In this document: in pieces, positions 33,892 to 46,900 of the stretch
How positions within the stretch are numbered: the first letter of the stretch is position 1
Layout of the letters: the number at the start of each line of letters is the position of its first letter
Assembly: GCA_964036045.1 (NCBI GenBank)
Contig: OZ038378.1
Coordinates: 119,102,001 to 119,166,000 of the forward strand
DNA length: 64,000 nucleotides
Source: Eutreptiella sp. 'Long Island Sound 2002'
Lineage: Eukaryota; Protista; Euglenida
Direction of reading: 5' to 3'
Made by a program: the position numbers and the translations under genes
The notes under the pieces: generated by a model
What the model was told of the DNA's origin: nothing
Databases searched by the model: none
What the model saw: the letters and a program-made list of their open reading frames with translations, nothing else

Positions 33892-34614
33892 CACTTTGTT
33901 TCTTTTTGCATGTCGTGAGGCACCTCACACCCTTTCCGTAACACGTTTGTTTGCTTAGCAACTCACCGGGGGAGGATACAATGGTTCAAGGCCCAACGGA
34001 AAGGACCGCAGCTCATTTTTTCTGCAACATTACCCTTGCTCTTAGTGGGTCCCCAACACCTCACATTGCGCGAGAACATCAAAAGGGGCCCACAAATGGG
34101 GGCAGTAGCTATATAACCCCTACCCAATGGAAGGTCCCCTTCGTTTTACAATTCCGAAAAAACAAGTGAGACATACCGCAAAAATGACACTATGAAGCCA
34201 GGGGGACCAATGTTGTGAGGACTACATCTCCGGAGTGGGGACGCCGTTGGAGTTGCAAAGCTTTTGCATGTCATGCGGCACCTCTCACACTTTGCGGAAC
34301 ACATTTGTTTGCTCACTAGCCCACCTGTGGGAGGACAAGGTGGTTCACCGTCCAACGGGAGGGACGAAACAAATTTTTCCACGAAAAACAAATGAGACCT
34401 GGGCAAAAATGGCAATCTAAACCCGGAGGGACCATTGTTGTGAGGACTACATCTTTGAAATGAGACAACATTTTTCTTGAACTCTTTTGCATGACCTCCC
34501 AACCTTCCCGTAACACGTTTGCTTGCCTAGCAGCTCAAAGGGGGGACGACACAATTGCTCAATGGAAAGGATCCCAACTCATTTTTCCTTGCTACATTAC
34601 ACTTGTTAGGGGTT
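33892..34614 (-). repeat. Inverted block 3 of satellite C
   Basis: Starts at gccgcatgacat|cactttgtttc and ends at ttaggggtt|aatggtccccc; repeats block 2 at an offset of 1467 bp. Confidence 0.9.
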
Positions 34615-35570
34615 AATGGTCCCCCGGCCTTCATATTGCCATTTTTGCCCAGTTCTCATTTCTTTTTTGTGGAAAAATTCGCTGCTTCCCTTCCATTGGG
34701 CCGTGAACCATAGTGTCCTCCCATAGGTGGGCTAGTGAGCAAACCAATGTGTTCCGCAAAGTGTGAGAGGTGCCGCATGACATGCAAAGCGTTTCAATTC
34801 CAACGGCATCCCCACTCCGGAGATGTAGTCCTCACAACATTGGTCCCCCTGGCTTCATAGTGTCATTTTTGCGGTATGTCTCACTTGTTTTTTCGGAATT
34901 GTAAAACGAAGGGGACCTTCCATTGGGTAGGGGTTATATAGCTACTGCCCCCATTTGTGGGCCCCTTTTGATGTTCTCCCGCAATTTGAGGTGTTGGGGA
35001 CCCACTAAGAGCAAGGGTAATGTTGCAAAAAAAAATGAGCTGCGGTCCTTTCCGTTGGGCCTTGAACCATTGTATCCTCCCCCCGGTGAGTTGCTAAGCA
35101 AACAAACGTGTTACGGAAAGGGTGTGAGGTGCCTCACGACATGCAAAAAGAAACAAAGTGTCTCAATTCAAAGATGTAGTCCTCACCATAATTTTCCCCC
35201 CGCCTTCATATTGTCATTTTTGCCAAGTTATCATTTCTTTTTTGTGGAAAAATTTGCTGCCTCCCTTCCATTGGGCCGTGAACCATTGTGTCCTCCTAGA
35301 GGTGAGCTGATGAGCAAACAAGTGTGTTCCGCAAAGTGTGAGAGGTGCCGCATGACATGCAAAGCGTTTCAACACCAACGGTGTCCCCACTGCAGAGATG
35401 TAGTCCTCACAAAATTGGTCCCTCTGGCTTCATATCGTCATTTTTCCCTTGTGTTCATTTGTTATTTTTGGAATTGTAGGGTGTAGGGGACCCCCCACGG
35501 GTTAAGGGTTATATAGCTAATGCCCCCATTTGTGGGCCACTTGTGATGTTCTCCCTCGATGTGAGGCGTT

Positions 35571-36033
35571 GGGAACATTATGGTGAGGACTACATCTCTG
35601 AATTGAGACACTTTGTTTCTTTTTGCATGTCGTGAGGCACCTCACACCCTTTCCGTAACACGTTTGTTTGCTTAGCAACTCACCGGGGGAGGATACAATG
35701 GTTCAAGGCCCAACGGAAAGGACCGCAGCTCATTTTTTCTGCAACATTACCCTTGCTCTTAGTGGGTCCCCAACACCTCAAATTGCGGGAGAACATCAAA
35801 AGGGGCCCACAAATGGGGGCAGTAGCTATATAACCCCTACCCAATGGAAGGTCCCCTTCGTTTTACAATTCCGAAAAAACAAGTGAGACATACCGCAAAA
35901 ATGACACTATGAAGCCAGGGGGACCAATGTTGTGAGGACTACATCTCCGGAGTGGGGATGCCGTTGGTGTTGCAAAGCTTTTGCATGTCATGCGGCACCT
36001 CTCACACTTTGCGGAACACATTTGTTAGGGGTT
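35571..36033 (-). repeat. Inverted block 4 of satellite C (internally deleted)
   Basis: Starts at gttgggaac|attatgg and ends at ggaacacatttgttaggggtt|aatggtccccc. Confidence 0.88.
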
Positions 36034-39000
36034 AATGGTCCCCCGGCCTTCATATTGCCATTTTTGCCCAGTTCTCATTTCTTTTTTGTGGAAAAATTCG
36101 CTGCTTCCCTTCCATTGGGCCGTGAACCATTGTGTCCTCCCATAGGTGGTCTAGTGAGCAAACCAATGTGTTCCGCAAATTGTGAGAGGTGCCGCATGAC
36201 ATGCAAAAGCTTTTCAATTCCAACGGCATCCCCACTCCGGAGATGTATTCCTCACAACAAAGTGTCTCAATTCAGAGATGTAGTCCTCACCATAATGGTC
36301 CCCCCGCCTTCATATTGTCATTTTTGCCAAGTTATCATTTCTTTTTTGTGGAACAATTCGCTGCCTCCCTTCCATTGGGCCGTGAACCATTGTGTCCTCC
36401 TAGAGGTGAGCTGATGAGCAAACAAGTGTGTTCCGCAAAGTGTGAGAGGTGCCGCATGACATGCAAAGCGTTTCAACACCAACGGTGTCCCCACTGCAGA
36501 GATGTAGTCCTCACAAAATTGGTCCCTCTGGCTTCATATTGTCATTTTCCCCTGTGTTCATTTGTTATTTTTGGAATTGTAGGGTGTAGGGGACCCCCCA
36601 CGGGTTAAGGGTTATATAGCTAATGCCCCCATTCGTGGGCCTCTTGTGATGTTCTCCCTCGATGTGGGGCGTTGGGAACCTCCTAACAACAAGTGTAATG
36701 TTGCAAGGAAAAATGAGTTGGGGTCCTTTCCATTGAGCCATGAACCATTGTGTCGTCCCCCCCTTGAGCTGCTAGGCAAGCAAACGTGTTACGGGAAGGT
36801 TGGGAGGTCATGCAAAAGAGTTCAAGAAAAATGGTGTCCCAGTTCAAAGATGTAGTCCTGACAACAATGGTCCCTCCGGCTTCCTATTGCCATTTTTGCC
36901 CAGTTTTGATTTGTTCTTCGTGCAAAAATATGTTTCGTCCCTCCCGTTGGACTGTGAACCATTGTGTCCTCCCACAGGTGGGCTAGTGAGCAAACAAATG
37001 TGTTCCGCAAAGTGTGAGAGGTGCCGCATGACATGCAAAAGGTTTTCATCACCAACGGCATCCCCACTCCGGAGATGTAGTCCTCACCACATTGGTCCTT
37101 GTGGCTTCATAGTGTCATTTTTGCCGTATGTCTCACTTGTTTTTTCGGAATTGTAAAACGAAGGGGACCTTCCATTGGGTAGGGGTTATATAGCTATTGC
37201 CCCCATTTGTGGGCCCCTTTTGATGTTCTCCCGCAATGTGAGGTGTTGGGGACCCACTAAGAGCAAGGGTAATGTTCCAAAACAAAGAAACTGAGGTGCG
37301 GTTCTTTCCGTTGGGCCTTGAACCATTGTATCCTCCCCCCGGTGAGTTGCTAAGCAAACAAACGTGTTATGGAAAGGGTGTGAAGTGCCTCATGACATGC
37401 AAAGGCAAACAAAGTGTCTCAATTCAAAGATGTAGTCCTCGCAACAATGGTCCCTCCGGCTTCGGATTGTCATTTTTGCCCGATTTTCATTTGTTTGTCG
37501 TGGAAAAATTTGTTTCGTCCCTCCCGTTGGACTGTGAACCATTGTGTCCTCCCAGAGGTGAGCTAGTGAGCAAACAAATGTGTTCCGCAAAGTGTGAGAG
37601 GTGCCGCATGACATGCAAAAGCTTTTCAACACCAACGGCATCCCCACTCCGGAGATGTATTCCTCACAACATTGGTCCCCCTGGCTTCATAGTGTCATTT
37701 TTGCGGTATGTCTCTTTTTTTTTCGGAATTGTAAAACGAAGGGGACCTTCCATTGGGTAGGGGTTATATAGCTACTGCCCCCATTTGTGGGCCCCTTTTG
37801 ATGTTCTCCCGCAATGTGAGGTGTTGGGGACCCACTAAGATCAAGGGTAATGTTGCAGAAAAAATGAGCTGCGGTCCTTTCCGTTGGGCCTTGAACCATT
37901 GTATCCTCCCCCCGGTGAGTTGCTAAGCAAACAAACGTGTTACGGAAAGGGTGTGAGGCGCCTCACGACATGCAAAAAGAAACAAAGTGTCTCAATTCAG
38001 AGATGTAGTCCTCACCATAATGGTCCCCCCGCCTTCATATTGTCATTTTTGCCAAGTTATCATTTCTTTTTTGTGGAACAATTCGCTGCCTCCCTTCCAT
38101 TGGGCCGTGAACCATTGTGTCCTCCTAGAGGTGAGCTGATGAGCAAACAAGTGTGTTCCGCAAAGTGTGAGAGGTGCCGCATGACATGCAAAGCGTTTCA
38201 ACACCAACGGTGTCCCCACTGCAGAGATGTAGTCCTCACAAAATTGGTCCCTCTGGCTTCATATTGTCATTTTCCCCTGTGTTCATTTGTTATTTTTGGA
38301 ATTGTAGGGTGTAGGGGACCCCCCACGGGTTAAGGGTTATATAGCTAATGCCCCCATTCGTGGGCCTCTTGTGATGTTCTCCCTCGATGTGGGGCGTTGG
38401 GAACCTCCTAACAACAAGTGTAATGTTGCAAGGAAAAATGAGTTGGGGTCCTTTCCATTGAGCCATGAACCATTGTGTCGTCCCCCCCTTGAGCTGCTAG
38501 GCAAGCAAACGTGTTACGGGAAGGTTGGGAGGTCATGCAAAAGAGTTCAAGAAAAATGGTGTCCCAGTTCAAAGATGTAGTCCTGACAACAATGGTCCCT
38601 CCGGCTTCCTATTGCCATTTTTGCCCAGTTTTGATTTGTTCTTCGTGCAAAAATATGTTTCGTCCCTCCCGTTGGACTGTGAACCATTGTGTCCTCCCAC
38701 AGGTGGGCTAGTGAGCAAACAAATGTGTTCCGCAAAGTGTGAGAGGTGCCGCATGACATGCAAAAGCTTTTCAACACCAACGGCATCCCCACTCCGGAGA
38801 TGTAGTCCTCACCACATTGGTCCTTGTGGCTTCATAGTGTCATTTTTGCCGTATGTCTCACTTGTTTTTTCGGAATTGTAAAACGAAGGGGACCTTCCAT
38901 TGGGTAGGGGTTATATAGCTATTGCCCCCATTTGTGGGCCCCTTTTGATGTTCTCCCGCAATGTGAGGTGTTGGGGACCCACTAAGAGCAAGGGTAATGT

Positions 39001-40650
39001 TCCAAAACAAAGAAACTGAGGTGCGGTTCTTTCCGTTGGGCCTTGAACCATTGTATCCTCCCCCCGGTGAGTTGCTAAGCAAACAAACGTGTTATGGAAA
39101 GGGTGTGAAGTGCCTCATGACATGCAAAGGCAAACAAAGTGTCTCAATTCAGAGATGTAGTCCTCACAATAATGGTCCTCCCGCCTTCATATTGTCATTT
39201 TTGCCAAATTATCATTTCTTTTTTGTGGAACAATTTGCTGCCTCCCTTCCATTGGGCCGTGAACCATTGTGTCCTCCTAGAGGTGAGCTGATGAGCAAAC
39301 AAGTGTGTTCCGCAAAGTGTGAGAGGTGCCGCATGACATGCAAAGCGTTTCAACAGCAACGGTGTCCCCACTGCAGAGATGTAGTCCTCACAAAATTGGT
39401 CCCTCTGGCTTCATATTGTCATTTTCCCCTGTGTTCATTTGTTATTTTTGGAATTATACGGTGTAGGGGACCCCCCACGGGTTAAGGGTTATATAGCTAA
39501 TGCCCCCATTTGTGGGCCACTTGTGATGTTCTCCCTCGATGTGGGGCGTTGGGAACCCCCTAACATCAAGTGTAATGTAGCAAGGAAAAATGAGTTGGGG
39601 TCCTTTCCATTGAGCCATGAACCATTGTGTCGTCCCCCCCTTGAGCTGCTAGGCAAGCAAACGTGTTACGGGAAGGTTGGGAGGTCATGCAAAAGAGTTC
39701 AAGAAAAATGGTGTCTCAGTTCAAAGATGTAGTCCTCACAACAATGGTCCCTTTGGCTTCGGATTGTCATTTTTGCCCGGTTCTCATTTGTTTTTGGTGG
39801 AAAAATTTGTTTCGTCGCTCCCGTTGGACCGTGAACCATTGTGTCCTCCCAGAGGTGGGCTAGTGAGCAAACAAATGTGTTCCGCAAAGTGTGAGAGGTG
39901 CCGCATGACATGCAAAAGCTTTTCAACACCAACGGCATCCCCACTCCGAAGATGTATTCCTCACAACATTGGTCCCCCCGGCTTCATAGTGTCATTTTTG
40001 CGGTATGTCTCACTTGTTTTTTCGGAATTGTAAAACGTAGGGGACCTTCCATTGGGTAGGGGTTATATAGCTACTGCCCCCATTTGTGGGCCCCTTTTGA
40101 TGTTCTCCCGCAATGTGAGGTGTTGGGGACCCACTAAGAGCAAGGGTAATGTTGCAAAAAAAAAACCGAGCTGCGGTCCTTTCCGTTGGGCCTTGAACCA
40201 TTGTATTCGCCCCCCGGTGAGTTGCTAAGCAAACAAACGTGTTACGGAAAGGGTGTGAGGCGCCTCACGACATGCAAAAAGAAACAAAGTGTCTCAATTC
40301 AGACATGTAGTCCTCACCATAATGGTCCCCCCGCCTTCATATTGTCATTTTTGCCAAATTATCATTTCTTTTTTGTGGAACAATTCACTGCCTCCCTTCC
40401 ATTGGGCCGTGAACCATTGTGTCCTCCTAGAGGTGAGCTGATGAGCAAACAAGTGTGTTCCGCAAAGTGTGAGAGGTGCCGCATGACATGCAAAGCGTTT
40501 CAACACCAACGGTGTCCCCACTGCAGAGATGTAGTCCTCACAAAATTGGTCCCTCTGGCTTCATATTGTCATTTTCCCCCTGTGTTCATTTGTTATTTTT
40601 GGAATTGTAGGGTGTAGGGGACCCCCCACGGGTTAAGGGTTATATAGCTA

Positions 40651-40981
40651 AAGGGATCTAAAATGAGATGAAGGGGGCTAAAAGGAGCTAAAGGGAGCTG
40701 AAGGGAGCTAAAGGGAGCTGAAGGGAGCTAAAGGGAGTTGAAGGAATGTGAAAGGAGGTAGAGGGAGCTAAAGTGATCTGAAATGAGGTAAAGGGAGCTA
40801 AAGGGAGCTAAAGGGAGCTGAAGGGAGCTAGAGGGAGCTGAAGGGAGCTAAAGGGAGCTGAAGGGAGGTAAAGGGAGCTGAAGGAATGTGAAAGGATGTA
40901 GAGGGAGCTAAAGGGATCTAAAATGAGGTAAAGGGGGCTAGAAGGAGCCAAAGGGAGCTGAAGGGAGCTAAAGGGAGCTGA
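40651..40981 (+). repeat. Inserted 10-bp-period purine-rich minisatellite (AAGGGAGCTR)n, 33 units, with target-site duplication ATATAGCTA(A)
   Basis: 33 decamers in unbroken register. ATATAGCTA occurs at 40642-40650 and again at 40982-40990, and the satellite C L tail resumes after the second copy. Confidence 0.92.
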
Positions 40982-43900
40982 ATATAGCTAATGCCCCCAT
41001 TTGTGGGCCACTTGTGATGTTCTCCCGCAATGTGAGGTGTTGGAGACCCACTAAGAGCAAGGGTAATGTTCCAAAACAAAGAAACCGAGGTGCGGTTCTT
41101 TCCGTTGGGCCTTGAACCATTGTATCCTCCCCCCGGTGAGTTGCTAAGCAAACAAACGTGTTATGGAAAGGGTGTGAGGTGCCTCATGACATGCAAAGGG
41201 AAACAAAGTGTCTCAATTCAGAGATGTAGTCCTCACAATAATGGTCCCCCCGCCTTCATATTGTCATTTTTGCCAAATTATCATTTCTTTTTTGCGGAAC
41301 AATTTGCTGCGTCTCTTCCATTGGGCCGTGAACCATTGTGTCCTCCTAGAGGTGAGCTGATGAGCAAACAAGTGTGTTCCGCAAAGTGTGAGAGGTGCCG
41401 CACGACATGCAAAGCGTTTCAACACCAACGGTGTCCCCACTGCAGAGATGTAGTCCTCACAAAATTGGTCCCTTGGCTTCATATTGTCAATTTCCCCCTG
41501 TGTTCATTTGTTATTTTTGGAATTGTAGGGTGTAGGGGACCCCCCACGGGTTAAGGGTTATATAGCTAATGCCCCCATTTGTGGGCCACTTGTGATGTTC
41601 TCCCTCGATGTGGGGCGTTGGGAACCCCCTAACAACAAGTGTAATGTAGCAAGGAAAAATGAGTTGGGGTCCTTTCCATTGAGCCATGAACCATTGTGTC
41701 GTCCCCCCCTTGAGCTGCTAGGCAAGCAAACGTGTTACGGGAAGGTTGGGAGGTCATGCAAAAGAGTTCAAGAAAAATGATGTCTCAGTTCAAAGATGTA
41801 GTCCTCACAAGAATGCTCCCTCCGGCTTCGGATTGTCATTTTTGCCCAGTTCTCATTTGTTTTTCGTGGAAAAATTTGCTTCGTCCCTCCCGTTGGACCG
41901 TGAACCATTGTGTCCTCCCACAGGTGGGCTAGTGAGCAAACAAATGTGTTTGTTCCGCAAAGTGTGAGAGGTGCCGCATGACATGCAAAAACTTTTCAAC
42001 ACCAACAGCATACCCACTCCGAAGATGTATTCCTCACAACATTGGTCCCCCCGGCTTCATAGTGTCATTTTTGCGGTATGTCTCACTTGTTTTTTCGGAA
42101 TTGTAAAACGTAGGGGACCTTCCATTGGGTAGGGGTTATATAGCTATTGCCCCCATTTGTGGGCCCCTTTTGATGTTCTCCCGCAATGTGAGGTGTTGGG
42201 GACCCACTAAGATCCAGGGTAATGTTGCAAAAAAAAAACCGAGCTGCGGTCCTTTCCGTTGGGCCTTGAACCATTGTATTCGCCCCCCGGTGAGTTGCTA
42301 AGCAAACAAACGTGTTACGGAAAGGGTGTGAGGCGCCTCACGACATGCAAAAAGAAACAAAGTGTCTCAATTCAGAGATGTAGTCCTCACCATAATGGTC
42401 CCCCCGCCTTCATATTGTCATTTTTGCCAAGTTATCATTTCTTTTTTGTGGAACAATTCACTGCCTCCCTTCCATTGGGCCGTGAACCATTGTGTCCTCC
42501 TAGAGGTGAGCTGATGAGCAAACAAGTGTGTTCCGCAAAGTGTGAGAGGTGCCGCATGACATGCAAAGCGTTTCAACACCAACGGTGTCCCCACTGCAGA
42601 GATGTAGTCCTCACAAAATTGGTCCCTCTGGCTTCATATTGTCATTTTCCCCTGTGTTCATTTGTTATTTTTGGAATTGTAGGGTGTAGGGGACCCCCCA
42701 CGGGTTAAGGGTTATATAGCTAATGCCCCCATTTGTGGGCCACTTGTGATGTTCTCCCTCGATGTGGGGTGTTGGGAACCCCCTAACAACAAGTGTAATG
42801 TAGCAAGGAAAAATGAGTTGGGGTCCTTTCCATTGAGCCATGAACCATTGTGTCGTCCCCCCCTTGAGCTGCTAGGCAAGCAAACGTGTTACGGGAAGGT
42901 TGGGAGGTCATGCAAAAGAGTTCAAGAAAAATGGTGTCTCAGTTCAAAGATGTAGTCCTCACAACAATGGTCCCTCCGGCTTCGGATTGTCATTTTTGCC
43001 CAGTTCTCATTTGTTGTTCATGGAAAATTTTTTTTCGTCCCTCCCGTTGGACCGTGAACCATTGTGTCCTCCCAGAGGTGAGCTAGTGAGCAAACAAATG
43101 TGTTCCGCAAAGTGTGAGAGGTGCCGCATGACATGCAAAAGCTTTTCAACACCAACAGCATCCCCACTCCGGAGATGTAGTCCTCACAACATTGGTCCCC
43201 TGGCTTCATAGTGTCATTTTTGCGGTATGTCTCACTTGTTTTTTCGGAATTGTAAAACGTAGGGGACCTTCCATTGGGTAGGGGTTATATAGCTACTGCC
43301 CCCATTTGTGGGCCCCTTTTGATGTTCTCCCGCAATGTGAGGTGTTGGGGACCCACTAAGATCCAGGGTAATGTTGCAAAAAAAAAAACCGAGCTGCGGT
43401 CCTTTCCGTTGGGCCTTGAACCATTGTATCCTCCCCCCAGTGAGTTGCTAAGCAAACAAACGTGTTACGGAAAGGGTGTGAGGCGCCTCACGACATGCAA
43501 AAAGAAACAAAGTGTCTCAATTCAGAGATGTAGGCCTCACCATAATGGTCCCCCCGCCTTCATATTGTCATTTTTGCCAAGTTATCATTTCTTTTTTGTG
43601 GAACAATTCACTGCCTCCCTTCCATTGGGCCGTGAACCATTGTGTCCTCCTACGGGTGAGCTGATGAGCAAACAAGTGTGTTCCGCAAAGTGTGAGAGGT
43701 GCCGCATGACATGCAAAGCGTTTCAACACCAACGGCGTCCCCACTGCAGAGATGTAGTCCTCACAAAATTGGTCCCTCTGGCTTCATGTTGTCATTTTCC
43801 CCTGTGTTCATTTGTTATTTTTGGAATTGTAGGGTGTAGGGGACCCCCCACGGGTTAAGGGTTATATAGCTAATGCCCCCATTTGTGGGCCACTTGTGAT

Positions 43901-46900
43901 GTTCTCCCTCGATGTGGGGCGTTGGGAACCCCCTAACAACAAGTGTAATGTAGCAAGGAAAAATGAGTTGGGGTCCTTTCCATTGAGCCATGAACCATTG
44001 TGCCGTCCCCCCCTTGAGCTGCTAGGCAAGCAAACGTGTTACGGGAAGGTTGGGAGGTCATGCAAAAGAGTTCAAGAAAAATGGTGTCTCAGTTCAAAGA
44101 TGTAGTCCTCACAACAATGGTCCCTTTGGGTTTAGATTGCCATTTTTGCCCAGTTTTCATTTGTTCTTCATGGAAAAATTTGTTTCGTCCCTCCCGTTGG
44201 ACCGTGAACCATTGTGTCCTCCCAGAGGTGAGCTAGTGAGCAAACAAATGTGTTCCGCAAAGTGTGAGAGGTGCCGCATGACATGCAAAAGCTTTTCAAC
44301 ACCAACAACATCCCCACTCCGGAGATGTAGTCCTCACAACATTGGTCCCCCTGGCTTCATAGTGTCATTTTTGCGGTATGTCTCACTTGTTTTTTCGAAA
44401 TTGTAAAACGTAGGGGACCTTCCATTGGGTAGGGGTTATATAGCTACTGCCCCCATTTGTGGGCCCCTTTTGATGTTCTCCCGCAATTTGAGGTGTTGGG
44501 GACCCACTAAGAGCAAGGGTAATGTTGCAGAAAAAATGAGCTGCGGTCCTTTCCGTTGGGCCTTGAACCATTGTATCCTCCCCCCGGTGAGTTGCTAAGC
44601 AAACAAACGTGTTACGGAAAGGGTGAGAGGCGCCTCACGACATGCAAAAAGAAACAAAGTGTCTCAATTCAGAGATGTAGTCCTCACCATAATGGTCCCC
44701 CCGCCTTCATATTGTCATTTTTGCCAAGTTATCATTTCTTTTTTGTGGAACAATACGCTGCCTCCCTTCCATTGGGCCGTGAACCATTGTGTCCTCCTAG
44801 AGGTGAGCTGATGAGCAAACAAGTGTGTTCCGCAAAGTGTGAGAGGTGCCGCATGACATGCAAAGCGTTTCAACACCAACGGTGTCCCCACTGCAGAGAT
44901 GTAGTCCTCACAAAATTGGTCCCTCTGGCTTCATATTGTCATTTTCCCCTGTGTTCATTTGTTATTTTTGGAATTGTAGGGTGTAGGGGACCCCCCACGG
45001 GTTAAGGGTTATATAGCCAATGCCCCCATTTGTGGGCCACTTGTGATGTTCTCCCTCGATGTGGGGTGTTGGGAACCCCCTAACAACAAGTGTAATGTAG
45101 CAAGGAAAAATGAGTTGGGGTCCTTTCCATTGAGCCATGAACCATTGTGTCGTCCCCCCCTTGAGCTGCTAGGCAAGCAAACGTGTTACGGGAAGGTTGG
45201 GAGGTCATGCAAAAGAGTTCAAGAAAAATGGTGTCTCAGTTCAAAGATGTAGTCCTCACAACAATGGTCCCTCCGGCTTCGGATTGTCATTTTTGCTCAG
45301 TTCTCATTTGTTCTTCATGGAAAATTTTTTCTCGTCCCTCCCGTTGGACCGTGAACCATTGTGTCCTCCCAGAGGTGAGCTAGTGAGCAAACAAATGTGT
45401 TCCGCAAAGTGTGAGAGGTGCCGCATGACATGCAAAAGCTTTTCAACACCAACGGCATCCCCACTCCGAAGATGTATTCCTCACAACATTGGTCCCCCTG
45501 GCTTCATAGTGTCATTTTTGCGGTATGTCTCACTTGTTTTGTCGGAATTGTAAAACGTAGGGGACCTTCCATTGGGTAGGGGTTATATAGCTACTGCCCC
45601 GATTTGTGGGCCCCTTTTGATGTTCTCCCGCAATGTGAGGTGTTGGGGACCCACTAAGATCCAGGGTAATGTTGCAAAAAAAAAAACCGAGCTGCGGTCC
45701 TTCCCGTTGGGCCTTGAACCATTGTATCCTCCCCCCGGTGAGTTGCTAAGCAAACAAACGTGTTACGGAAAGGGTGTGAGGCGCCTCACGACATGCAAAA
45801 AGAAACAAAGTGTCTCAATTCAGAGATGTAGTCCTCACCATAATGGTCCCCCCGCCTTCATATTGTCATTTTTGCCAAGTTATCATTTCTTTTTTGTGGA
45901 ACAATTCACTGCCTCCCTTCCATTGGGCCGTGAACCATTGTGTCCTCCTACGGGTGAGCTGATGAGCAAACAAGTGTGTTCCGCAAAGTGTGAGAGGTGC
46001 CGCATGACATGCAAAGCGTTTCAACACCAACGGCGTCCCCACTGCAGAGATGTAGTCCTCACAAAATTGGTCCCTCTGGCTTCATGTTGTCATTTTCCCC
46101 TGTGTTCATTTGTTATTTTTGGAATTGTAGGGTGTAGGGGACCCCCCACGGGTTAAGGGTTATATAGCTAATGCCCCCATTTGTGGGCCACTTGTGATGT
46201 TCTCCCTCGATGTGGGGCGTTGGGAACCCCCTAACAACAAGTGTAATGTAGCAAGGAAAAATGAGTTGGGGTCCTTTCCATTGAGCCATGAACCATTGTG
46301 CCGTCCCCCCCTTGAGCTGCTAGGCAAGCAAACGTGTTACGGGAAGGTTGGGAGGTCATGCAAAAGAGTTCAAGAAAAATGGTGTCTCAGTTGAAAGATG
46401 TAGTCCTCACAACAATGGTCCCTTTGGGTTTAGATTGCCATTTTTGCCCAGTTTTCATTTGTTCTTCATGGAAAAATTTGCTTCGTCCCTCCCGTTGGAC
46501 CGTGAACCATTGTGTCCTCCCAGAGGTGAGCTAGTGAGCAAACAAATGTGTTCCGCAAAGTGTGAGAGGTGCCGCATGACATGCAAAAGCTTTTCAACAC
46601 CAACAACATCCCCACTACGGAGATGTAGTCCTCACAACATTGGTCCCCCTGGCTTCATAGTGTCATTTTTGCGGTATGTCTCACTTGTTTTTTCGAAATT
46701 GTAAAACGTAGGGGACCTTCCATTGGGTAGGGGTTATATAGCTACTGCCCCCATTTGTGGGCCCCTTTTGATGTTCTCCCGCAATTTGAGGTGTTGGGGA
46801 CCCACTAAGAGCAAGGGTAATGTTGCAGAAAAAAAAAAACCGAGCTGCGGTCCTTTCCGTTGGGCCTTGAACCATTGTATCCTCCCCCCGGTGAGTTGCT

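Noticed and set aside
40651-40981. MITE/MULE or de novo telomere addition as the origin of the decamer insert
   Set aside because: A 9-bp TSD would fit Mutator, but there are no terminal inverted repeats. Patterned unit divergence argues against fresh telomerase synthesis.
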